Source: a virus
Taxonomy: Duplodnaviria > Caudoviricetes
Direction: 5' to 3' (one strand)
Length of the DNA: 34,741 bases
Virus record (IMG/VR): IMGVR_UViG_3300020045_014497
Coordinates: 1 to 34,741 of that record
Position numbers and translations under genes: made by a program
Part shown: one piece after another, positions 16,909 to 25,502 of the stretch
Numbering within the stretch: the first letter of the stretch is position 1
How the letters are laid out: each line of letters begins with the position of its first letter
The notes under the pieces: generated by a model
Told to the model about the DNA's origin: nothing
The model's database searches: none
Seen by the model: the letters and a program-made list of their open reading frames with translations, nothing else

Positions 16909-18189
16909 TTATGCTTCATAAAGTTTCCAACCACCGCCAAGTAGTGCCCCACAAATAAGAAGTTCAAAGCCAGTGCAATGAAAAATTGAGTCAATCTCTA
17001 ATGTTTCAAGAGCAGTTATATAAATCCAACAACCGCTGGGTAGTCTAATAACTCCAATAGTATGAACAAACTGACTACCATCTTCATCCAAACCGTTAGG
17101 AGGTGGATTTAATCTTGCATCATAAACAAGAGTCGCTGTTCCCCAGCCAGTACCATCATTTGAGTTTGACCAGAGTTGATCGTCAACTGCTGAACCGTCC
17201 CCAAAAATATATACTTCCCAAGTCATCCAAAGGGTATTATCAGAATCAGCATAAAGATTTAAATACTGGCTCGCATTATCACCAATATGGTCCCCTGGGT
17301 CCCAGTCTTCAACAGTTACACCTAGTGTATTAGGATCAACTGAAATAATAGCTTGAATATTTGCATCATTATAATTGGTTAAAGCAATAACATAATCACC
17401 ATTCCAGTAAACCATTGGACTGGTTGAAATAAATGCAGGTGCCCCAGCGGCGGATAGATTATAAACTAATGTAGGAGTATTAGGTGTACCACTTCTATCT
17501 ATCTGTAAGTAATACACTCCGCCAGTTGATGGACTTGATGCTGTATAAATAAAATAAAATAAATGAAGGATATCTGTAGTTAAATCAACTAATCCAGATA
17601 AAATCCCGGCATACTCTCCAATAGGAGATAAAGATAGTATTAATTGTTCAGTAGAGAATGTACCAGACTCAAAAAGTTGCCACCAAATCCCTTTCGTTGG
17701 ATTTACTTCAATTGTGATTGCACCACTAGAACCATCTGAGAACTGAAACACATCACGGTTATACGGCCACATTCCATAAGTATGGTCTGTAGAAACTGAA
17801 CCATAAGTATCTGTACTACAATTAAATGCAATATGAAATAAATGTGCACCCGTGCTTAAAAGCTCCCCAGCAATAAAAATATCAATAATCCCAGTAGATT
17901 CATTGAATGTAGCTAATGGGGTATAAAATGATAGCTCCCAATTTGGTTCTCCTACCTGATGTTGCCTTGTCCAATTCCCTCCGGAGATACTTCTTTTAAA
18001 AACCCGTAAAGTTCCATTTCCGGGAACACCATCAGTGTTTGAAGAAAATACTACATAGATGTAATTTCCATATTTCCAAGGACCAAATCTTGGGTTATTT
18101 AAAGCCTTTGATGAAGAACCTCCGGCGGGTGATGCTCTTGAAAAATCAACAGGATCAATTAAAATAGGAGTATCTGAAACATAATGCAT
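16909..18189 (-). CDS. Beta-propeller-like tail/receptor-associated protein
   Basis: Repeated beta-blade patterns (IYVVF, LHLFY, LWMTW, SNDGTGW Asp-box-like); acidic and aromatic-rich. Confidence 0.55.
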   Translation of the reverse strand: MHYVSDTPILIDPVDFSRASPAGGSSSKALNNPRFGPWKYGNYIYVVFSSNTDGVPGNGTLRVFKRSISGGNWTRQHQVGEPNWELSFYTPLATFNESTGIIDIFIAGELLSTGAHLFHIAFNCSTDTYGSVSTDHTYGMWPYNRDVFQFSDGSSGAITIEVNPTKGIWWQLFESGTFSTEQLILSLSPIGEYAGILSGLVDLTTDILHLFYFIYTASSPSTGGVYYLQIDRSGTPNTPTLVYNLSAAGAPAFISTSPMVYWNGDYVIALTNYNDANIQAIISVDPNTLGVTVEDWDPGDHIGDNASQYLNLYADSDNTLWMTWEVYIFGDGSAVDDQLWSNSNDGTGWGTATLVYDARLNPPPNGLDEDGSQFVHTIGVIRLPSGCWIYITALETLEIDSIFHCTGFELLICGALLGGGWKLYEA

Positions 18190-18780
18190 CTAATTATGAT
18201 CCTCAGGAGTATCCACTTTCACCACAAGTCCAATAGAGACAGAGGTTGCCCCGCCAATACTTAAAAGTGTAGGATAAATAACATCGTGTCTTGAAAACTT
18301 AGGTACCGGATTTCTAAATGTAGAAGTGAAAACCCTCAGCGACTGTCCTTGTAGTAGTACTAGTGGTTCTAGTGTAGGAAGAAGAAGAACTCTCTTTAAT
18401 GGATCATTAAGAATCCCACTCTGTGAATATTCAATATTAATACTCAAATCATCACTAGTAGGTGCTCCTCTAGCAACCACCCAAAGTTCAACAGGTGAAC
18501 CTTCTCTACCTGGCCCAAAACAATATGCTTCGGGGACATCATCAATCGTTGGAGTTTCTTTAGTCCATACAATCGTAAAGTGTTGAGGATTATGCCTAAT
18601 AGAAACAGGCTCATTCTTCAATTGTTTCAACGTTACGTAGTCGTTGGGGTCCACAGCAGGAGCAGCATTTTTAATTCTTAGTCCTCTAAAATCCCAATCT
18701 TTTGTGGAGAGGCGGTCCTTCCAATCAAATACTTCTTTCAAAATTATACTAACGTCTTCAAACCCTCTTACTGCTCGCAT
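18190..18780 (-). CDS. Short tail fibre/spike adaptor protein
   Basis: GLRIKNAAPAVDPNDYVTLKQL matches the trimeric fibre/YadA-type neck motif, followed by a beta-sandwich-like domain. Confidence 0.6.
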   Translation of the reverse strand: MRAVRGFEDVSIILKEVFDWKDRLSTKDWDFRGLRIKNAAPAVDPNDYVTLKQLKNEPVSIRHNPQHFTIVWTKETPTIDDVPEAYCFGPGREGSPVELWVVARGAPTSDDLSINIEYSQSGILNDPLKRVLLLPTLEPLVLLQGQSLRVFTSTFRNPVPKFSRHDVIYPTLLSIGGATSVSIGLVVKVDTPEDHN

Positions 18781-18946
18781 AGCATCTCTCGTGAAATGAA
18801 AGTCCGTTTACTTTAACAGATTGTCCTAAAATCTCATCCCCACATTTTTGACATCTGGGAAATTTCCTAGGTCCCTCAGGAACTCTATAGAACCCATACT
18901 TAACGTTCCTGATATTTGCATTTTCTTCTATGAGATTCTTTGCCAT
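18758..18946 (-). CDS. Small Zn-finger protein (LIM-like C-x2-C-x16-H-x2-C)
   Basis: CQKCGDEILGQSVKVNGLSFHERC; fills the gap and overlaps both neighbours. Confidence 0.6.
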   Translation of the reverse strand: MAKNLIEENANIRNVKYGFYRVPEGPRKFPRCQKCGDEILGQSVKVNGLSFHERCYASSKRV

Positions 18947-21900
18947 TGATTATCTGTCTCCATTCCACTTAGAGCTACTTTTATCCAAAGATCATATCTA
19001 TGAAAAGGCTCTTCGGTTGGACCAAGAATTACTCTCACAACACTTGTGTTAATACTCTTAGGTAAATTGATATGGTAAATATCATCAACCCCAGGTATAA
19101 CTGGTATTATTCCTTCCCAAAGATAAGGTCCTGTATAATTTGGATGAGATACTTGTTCATCCCCCAGGAGTTTAATTGGAATAGATGTAGTTCCTAGGCC
19201 GGCAATCAATTTTGTACGAATCGTGAATAGTTTACCTATTCGATCAAATCTTAAGATCGGTAATTGGTCATATTTCTTAGGAACAGGGAGGATTTCTACA
19301 TTCTCAGGTTGTCCAAAACCATAAAATTCAAAAGGGTCGCCGGAGGGGGATTTAAGTGTTCCTCCAAAGTCTGTTCCAAACACATCTGTTGTGAAATAGT
19401 GGTAAAGAGTTTGCTTCCTATTAGACACTAACGTGGTTGCAGACTGCACAACTCCATCCACGATTGGTGTAAATTCAACAGGGAATCCATAAGTATCAAT
19501 GATGATTGGAATTGTTCGTATTCTCTTTTTGGCCGCCGCTCCGAAATTATTAAATGGAATGTAATAAGATTCTAAACGTGGTGGGAGAACCTCAAGCTCT
19601 TGAGGAATAATAACTCCGTAGAACTCGAAAGGAGTATCTGCTAAAGTCTCAAGAGTTCCACCAATATCAATACCTACAATATCACTGTCAATGGGAAAGA
19701 AATACTCTACAGTTCTCTTCTCAACTGTTGAAAATGTCAAAGATGGATAATTGACTCCATCAATCTTTGGCGTGAATCTTACATTAACTCCTCTAGTATG
19801 TATTTGAAATTTATATGAAGTATGTCTTTTCCTGTTAGGAGAGCCATAGTCATTCGCTGGAATAATGAGAAATTTAGTTGGGGTGGGGAGTTTCTCAGAT
19901 ACAGTCTCTTCAAGATTTAACTGATAATACTCAAATACCCCACCACTTAAAATCCCACCAACATCAGTAGCAATCTGCTCATCCGTAAAGAAATGAATAT
20001 ATGTAAGCTTACCATCTTTGTTTACCATAGTACTAATTTTAGCACTGTTGTCCAAAAAAGGAGTAAACTCAATATTATTCCCCAGCGTATCAATAACAAA
20101 GGCATACGCTATTACCCGCTTTCTTGAAATAGTACCAAGATTTGAATTAGGTATTCTAAGATAATTTAGCTGTTCAGGCCGGGGGTCATACTCAATTGTT
20201 AGTTCTTGAAGTTCGAAAGTTTCAAGAATGTTAGCTGATTCAATCTTTATTGCATATCTGAAACCTAATGTGATTCCATCAAGTTTGAAGTAAGAAGTTC
20301 CATGAGATGCTTGTTGAAAACTTCCAAGTACTACAAAGGCCCCACCATCCTTGGTGATTGAAACAGTACAAACTTGATTACCTGTTGTTCCTACCAATTT
20401 CAGTGTGAACGTATCTTTGCGATTCCTTGGTTGTTGGTTATGATCAAAAACAGTGAGAAAGAAAATATTCTGACCAGTGGTACCATCTATATTAGTACCA
20501 CTTTCAAGTTCACGGAGAAAATTCCCCGAACCTCCACCATACCCAGCAAAGACTCTATCAGATTCTGTTGCCCACAAACTAATAGGATCAGTGTTTTGTA
20601 ATCTTACAGTTTTGTTAATTAGGTCAAAGATAAAAAGCCGGCGGGTTCCATCTTGGTGTGGACAAACAAAATAAATCTTATTTCTTCCAATAGTAATAGG
20701 ATACTGAGTTCCACCACCAGGAAGAACTGCAATAGGAGGAATTCCATGTCTTGTCTGTCCTGCAAATAAATCTCTAAGTTGAGGAGAAAAATTAATGGAA
20801 TTAGATCCAGTAGTTACACGAATCCCATCCGCGCCCACATAAAAAATCTGACCATTTGAAAACCCAAAGGAATGCGCAAGGGGCGGGTATGCCTCACCAA
20901 TCCGTCTAATAAATGCATCAATTGTTCCGTCGGGGAGATCTAACAAAGTTCCACTAATCTCATAGAGATCCCTGGATGTGCCTACCATTAACGTGTTATT
21001 TGAGATAGTTTTAATCCAAAGATTCTTTTCTGCTGCATCTCCACTAAGTCTAATTGTATACCGAGTATCAACAGAATCAGGGTTCAACCTTTCTGAGAGA
21101 TAGATATAACTATTCGTTAAATAGAGAATCCTTTCATTGTAAAGTCCCTCAATCCCTAGGATTGCTTCAGGAATATTAGCAACAGATTCAGTATAGAGAT
21201 TTGCAGAAAGATTTAGAAGGATTGCATCAATCTCAGAAAGAGTATCAGAGATAGACCCGCCAGGAGTAGTTGTCGCAACTCTGAGATATCTTCCATCTCC
21301 TCCTTCATCAGACTTTCTTCGATAGATCCAAACTTCATTTACTTGAGCATCTGAGACAGCCGCCGCAGTAATATTTACCCTACCATTAATAATGGTGACT
21401 TTTAAACTCGACGGACTTACTTTAGACTTACCAATATATCCCTGAGCAGAGTTTACATTTACCTGGAGATAATCAAATACTCCAGTAAGTTGCCCAAATG
21501 CACCACCTACAAATTTCTGTCCACCCGCTGTAAATGCAACATCAGCGATTGCCTCCGCCGAAAATTGAATAGATGCAACATTTCTCCAATCAAGGTCTGT
21601 TGAGGAACCCTGTCTTTGGAAGTCCTTCCTTTTTACATTGAGGGTGGATTCCGCATCAATACCTCGTTGAAATGGTCCATCTTCTACATCCCATTCAAAC
21701 CAATAATAGTTCTCAATATCAAGATTTATTTGAACTCGAAATTTCTTAAAAAGGGCATTATCGTAAAGTTTTACAACACAAGTAAAAGTATCTTCATCAA
21801 TATCGTGATTTTCAGGAGCTTCAATATTAGTTGTATCTGTTGCAAACTCGCTTAGGATCACCCCCCTTAGTGTAATTGCGTCTACATTAGTTTGTGCGGC

Positions 21901-22407
21901 ATCACCAAATGCTACAAAATCATGCCCTTCAATAGATGTCCATCCCCCCCAAAGATTCAACTCCGGTTGTGAGATACTTGTAATCTGGGGGGGTGCTGTA
22001 GATTCTTGGATACCTAAATTTTGTACAATAGTACCACTATCTTTTTTCCTCTCACTCCCCGCACAAATCAGTACTTTACCAAAGGCCGATCCGTAGGCAG
22101 CTTTGTCCCCGCCATTTGAGAGAACCTCAACAAATGAGATCCCTCCATCTTTTGACCGTTGTACTGATTTTGTTTGTTGGTTAAGACTAACCCAGATACC
22201 TTCAACATTACCAATTTGCTGAGAGTAAATTGTATCCACATAATCAGAAAATGCAGAAGCATGTGTTTTCTGAATCCCACGAACAAGACTTAATGCACCA
22301 TTATTTTCCTGGTGCAAATTGTCCATTCGCAGTAATCCACCAGAATCTCCATTTTCATCAGAGTATGGGGTCCAACCAAGTGGCCAATTTACTCTCGTTA
22401 AATTCAT
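18928..22407 (-). CDS. Tail nozzle / stabilisation protein (P22 gp10 / T7 gp12-like) with inserted and repeated domains
   Basis: N-terminal GGLLRMDN...GALS..RG, beta-propeller-like core (YLSE..NP.S, FYVGADGI), C-terminal ~95-100-aa tandem repeats; lies between adaptor and ejection genes. Confidence 0.7.
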   Translation of the reverse strand: MNLTRVNWPLGWTPYSDENGDSGGLLRMDNLHQENNGALSLVRGIQKTHASAFSDYVDTIYSQQIGNVEGIWVSLNQQTKSVQRSKDGGISFVEVLSNGGDKAAYGSAFGKVLICAGSERKKDSGTIVQNLGIQESTAPPQITSISQPELNLWGGWTSIEGHDFVAFGDAAQTNVDAITLRGVILSEFATDTTNIEAPENHDIDEDTFTCVVKLYDNALFKKFRVQINLDIENYYWFEWDVEDGPFQRGIDAESTLNVKRKDFQRQGSSTDLDWRNVASIQFSAEAIADVAFTAGGQKFVGGAFGQLTGVFDYLQVNVNSAQGYIGKSKVSPSSLKVTIINGRVNITAAAVSDAQVNEVWIYRRKSDEGGDGRYLRVATTTPGGSISDTLSEIDAILLNLSANLYTESVANIPEAILGIEGLYNERILYLTNSYIYLSERLNPDSVDTRYTIRLSGDAAEKNLWIKTISNNTLMVGTSRDLYEISGTLLDLPDGTIDAFIRRIGEAYPPLAHSFGFSNGQIFYVGADGIRVTTGSNSINFSPQLRDLFAGQTRHGIPPIAVLPGGGTQYPITIGRNKIYFVCPHQDGTRRLFIFDLINKTVRLQNTDPISLWATESDRVFAGYGGGSGNFLRELESGTNIDGTTGQNIFFLTVFDHNQQPRNRKDTFTLKLVGTTGNQVCTVSITKDGGAFVVLGSFQQASHGTSYFKLDGITLGFRYAIKIESANILETFELQELTIEYDPRPEQLNYLRIPNSNLGTISRKRVIAYAFVIDTLGNNIEFTPFLDNSAKISTMVNKDGKLTYIHFFTDEQIATDVGGILSGGVFEYYQLNLEETVSEKLPTPTKFLIIPANDYGSPNRKRHTSYKFQIHTRGVNVRFTPKIDGVNYPSLTFSTVEKRTVEYFFPIDSDIVGIDIGGTLETLADTPFEFYGVIIPQELEVLPPRLESYYIPFNNFGAAAKKRIRTIPIIIDTYGFPVEFTPIVDGVVQSATTLVSNRKQTLYHYFTTDVFGTDFGGTLKSPSGDPFEFYGFGQPENVEILPVPKKYDQLPILRFDRIGKLFTIRTKLIAGLGTTSIPIKLLGDEQVSHPNYTGPYLWEGIIPVIPGVDDIYHINLPKSINTSVVRVILGPTEEPFHRYDLWIKVALSGMETDNQWQRIS

Positions 22408-22841
22408 CGAGGAACGTCTCCTAGATACCTTCTCAGATAAGCAATTAAACTAGTTGAATTAAAATCACCAATTGAATCTGAGAAATTATTAGCATTGTCA
22501 CTTATACTGATAGTTAATTGCGCCCCTGCTGAGTTCACGGCAGCATCAGTTTGAGTAAATTGATCTGCAAAATTATCTAAAAGAAATGAAGCCGTGATTC
22601 TAAGTGCATCTGCTAGATTATTCACATCCCCGAATGCGAGCCGATGTAGAAATTGAGCTTGGAGATCATCGGTGAAAAGAAACTTATCCTTGAATTCAGG
22701 TAGTGAGTATTTAATTATCCTGGCAACAAAGTCTGACCAGTTTAATCCTATAGAATCTGCAATTTGTAAAGCTGGCCCACCTGCAACCAAAAAATCATCA
22801 ACATGGGCTAAGGTATCAGATGCTGTTCTTGTTAAGCTCAT
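22404..22841 (-). CDS. Small repeat protein paralogous to the repeat region of 25499..28711
   Basis: About six (S/A)Dx5-7D units (SDTLAHVD, ADQFTQTD, SDNANNFSD...) and a C-terminal YLRRYLGDV helix. Confidence 0.75.
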   Translation of the reverse strand: MSLTRTASDTLAHVDDFLVAGGPALQIADSIGLNWSDFVARIIKYSLPEFKDKFLFTDDLQAQFLHRLAFGDVNNLADALRITASFLLDNFADQFTQTDAAVNSAGAQLTISISDNANNFSDSIGDFNSTSLIAYLRRYLGDVPR

Positions 22842-24034
22842 TTCTTAATCTCCGACATTGCTCCTTGTGGAGGTTCCTTTGTAGCCCGTAGAATCATATT
22901 ATAACCAGAATGTTCCTCATTAATCAATTTAAACTTATTCTTTGTAAATTCTAGTTTAATGATTTCAGGAGTTAATCCGGTGTAATGAAAGTCTTCAGGA
23001 TATGATTGCGCACCATAAAGAACATTCATAACATCTTTGCTTTTTGGATCAAAGTTCTTGATTGCCCACTCAATATTAGGGAGAGATAGCATAATATCCC
23101 CGCCGGGTTTTACAATTCTCATCCATTCATGAAGCACACTTTGCCATTTCGCACGGGGAAAATGTTCAAGTACGTGAGAGGAAAATACAAGATCAAATTC
23201 ATCATTATCAAAAGGAAGATTATCTACACTACAACGATAATCAGGAGTACAATCTTCCCGGATATCTACTCTAACAAGAGTATAATCTGGGAATTGATCT
23301 GCCCTGTCAAGCGGACCACACCCAACATCTATTGCCTTTTTTAGTTTTCCCGGTTCAACAGCAAGTTGTCGAAGGGGCAAAGAACCTTTAGGTAGATTAT
23401 AGATTTTATTATTGTAAACATCATGATGGTCACAAATGACAGAAGCATCACAATAGATCTTCCAAGCGGTTTCCCCAACAGCTTTTAAAAACCAAAGATC
23501 CTCAGTCCAAAGTTCTGCTGCATTCTTTCCATCAAGAAATAAATCAGTATCAACAGTTTTGAACCAAGGCTTAGGAATATCCTTCAGCATATCTACGCGA
23601 ATTAGAGTACAATCCATACCAAGACCGGAGCATTGAAAAAATTCTCCAACTTTCCAATCCCAGTAACTCCCACGACCATTGTCTTTAAAAACAAGCGGGG
23701 CAGGAGGATTTGTTTTAGAGCAGTAAACCCCGCCAACAACTCCAATTGTTCCATCTTGTTCCATTCTATAAATTAATTGACGAAGCGCGTGGGCCGGAGG
23801 AACTGTATCATCCCCAATAAAAAATAAGTATTTTGCTCCAACACTAATGGCAAATTCAGCCATTTCGTTTCGAGCCTCAGCAACAGGTTTTCCACGAACC
23901 ATATGAAAGTTCGTATTAAAATTAATTGGAGGGGACAATTGTTTGAAAGCAAAAGCCCACTCCAATGGCACGGGACGACCTAAAGTTGGAAGACCAATAA
24001 CAAGCCCAGGACCAGAAGAATTTTTAGTAGTCAA
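22838..24034 (-). CDS. Fused GT-A (GT2-like) glycosyltransferase and class I SAM methyltransferase
   Basis: GT part: IGLPT, ARN, FFIGDD, GMDCTLI, PWF, TEDLWF, C.H; MT part: IDVGCG, LPF....FD.VFSSHVLEH, RIVKPGG. Confidence 0.92.
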   Translation of the reverse strand: MTTKNSSGPGLVIGLPTLGRPVPLEWAFAFKQLSPPINFNTNFHMVRGKPVAEARNEMAEFAISVGAKYLFFIGDDTVPPAHALRQLIYRMEQDGTIGVVGGVYCSKTNPPAPLVFKDNGRGSYWDWKVGEFFQCSGLGMDCTLIRVDMLKDIPKPWFKTVDTDLFLDGKNAAELWTEDLWFLKAVGETAWKIYCDASVICDHHDVYNNKIYNLPKGSLPLRQLAVEPGKLKKAIDVGCGPLDRADQFPDYTLVRVDIREDCTPDYRCSVDNLPFDNDEFDLVFSSHVLEHFPRAKWQSVLHEWMRIVKPGGDIMLSLPNIEWAIKNFDPKSKDVMNVLYGAQSYPEDFHYTGLTPEIIKLEFTKNKFKLINEEHSGYNMILRATKEPPQGAMSEIKK

Positions 24035-24037
24035 AGA

Positions 24038-24301
24038 TTACCTTTTCTTTTCAACAGAATTTCGTAAAAATTTTAAATCAGAAGAGATACTAATTAATTC
24101 TAGTTTTAAATCAAAGAACTGCTCTTGCAGATTTGCAAGATCTTGAGCATTCTTATTTGTCTGCATTGTTGTAGAACCAAGCTCAGCCTTTAAGCTAAAA
24201 TAACAAAAGAGCACTGTCCCAATTACTATAATAACTTGATACCAAGAGCTAACTGGCAAGCTGACTCTAGTTTGTTCATCTATCTCAGATTCGTTTTCCA
24301 C
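24038..24301 (-). CDS. Single-TM plus coiled-coil protein (holin/haemolysin-like candidate)
   Basis: TM segment WYQVIIVIGTVLFCYFSL then a heptad repeat; GTG start with AGAGGGG RBS. Confidence 0.55.
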   Translation of the reverse strand: MENESEIDEQTRVSLPVSSWYQVIIVIGTVLFCYFSLKAELGSTTMQTNKNAQDLANLQEQFFDLKLELISISSDLKFLRNSVEKKR

Positions 24302-24334
24302 TAAACCCCTCTTTTAGTTTTAGATTGATCCCCC

Positions 24335-24808
24335 TTAATTCGAGATCGTGTAAGAAATAGAAAGAGTGTTGGATGTAGTTTTATTAAGTGTTGCAAAAGT
24401 GGCCCGAGCTATCATCGTGCCGGCTGAAGAAGAATTAAACAATCCAACTTCACCTAAAGTCGTATTTGCTTCATTAGTATTGAAGCTAGTTTGTGACTGC
24501 CAAGAAGGGGGATTAGAGGTTAAATTAGCGGTGCTAAATGTTCCAATTGCCTTCCTTGTATTTTCAGTCCCAAGAGTAGTATCACCTGTTGCAGGAGCAG
24601 TGGTATTTGTCCCCACAGCAAGATGAGAAATTGTTTGAGCTGTTTGAATGTCAGTGGATTCCAATTGTTGAAGAATCCAACGTCGGCCCGAGGTTACTAC
24701 CGTATTCTCAATTTTTCGTTCTTCAACTAGATTTCCTTGAAGATCACAAACGTGAATCCTTAAAGAACCTCTAAGTTTGATATAGTCCTGAATCTCTGGT
24801 GTGTGCAT
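24335..24808 (-). CDS. Virion structural protein (stand-alone fibre/collar-type beta domain)
   Basis: ENTVVTSGR...AVGT.TTAPA.GDT.LG.E..RK...EAN..LGEVGLFN....GTM.AR.TF...NKT pattern typical of phage fibre-associated subunits. Confidence 0.75.
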   Translation of the reverse strand: MHTPEIQDYIKLRGSLRIHVCDLQGNLVEERKIENTVVTSGRRWILQQLESTDIQTAQTISHLAVGTNTTAPATGDTTLGTENTRKAIGTFSTANLTSNPPSWQSQTSFNTNEANTTLGEVGLFNSSSAGTMIARATFATLNKTTSNTLSISYTISN

Positions 24809-24818
24809 TCTATCCCTT

Positions 24819-25502
24819 TCAATAGTTAGATGGTAAACGCCATTTGTCCCGTGATGTGTTTAAGGATCTTGAATCTTCTCGACCCAAAGAATATCTTTTT
24901 GAAACAAAAATGTCTGAATTAAGTTTAGAAAATTTTTCAATATAAAAAGAATATTTGCTTTTTTGATAAGCCGCAGCTCTAGAATCTTGGCCCGGCCCCT
25001 CAGCAGAGAATGCTTTCCAAAGGACGTATGCTTTTACAGTACGTCGATAAATATAATCAGGAAGTTGATACTTAGGATCAGTTCCATCAATGTTTCTAAA
25101 ACAACTAATCACAACATTCGTATCTACACCAACCCCATAAACATCTAAACCATCAATCAAGATGTCTTCATTAGGAACGGGATAAAACCGTAAATCCCTA
25201 ATATTCGTTGGGTGTAGGATATAATATCTTGGTAGTCCTGTCGGGGTTTCGTACTTGTTCGTAGAATCTGCATAGGCAAACTGTGGATCTAAATCACACA
25301 TTTCCTGAAAAGTCAGTGGGTCTAATTTTCTACCTTTCCAGGTTACCCGCCGGATTCTAGAATTAGTCACGGGAAGGGTGTAGACTGAAAGTCCAGAGGT
25401 AATCTGAATAGCATATCGAAAAAACAAACAATTGATTCGATTGCAAATATCCTGCTCAGCATCTGCTCTCAGCCTATCTAAATATACATCATCCCAAATC
25501 AT
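24819..25502 (-). CDS. Head-tail adaptor / tail tubular protein A-like
   Basis: W....L......AE..I...G...YTLP...I.RV...G..L...TGLPRYY...LRFYPVP...LP......Y...KA...E. Confidence 0.75.
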   Translation of the reverse strand: MIWDDVYLDRLRADAEQDICNRINCLFFRYAIQITSGLSVYTLPVTNSRIRRVTWKGRKLDPLTFQEMCDLDPQFAYADSTNKYETPTGLPRYYILHPTNIRDLRFYPVPNEDILIDGLDVYGVGVDTNVVISCFRNIDGTDPKYQLPDYIYRRTVKAYVLWKAFSAEGPGQDSRAAAYQKSKYSFYIEKFSKLNSDIFVSKRYSLGREDSRSLNTSRDKWRLPSNY

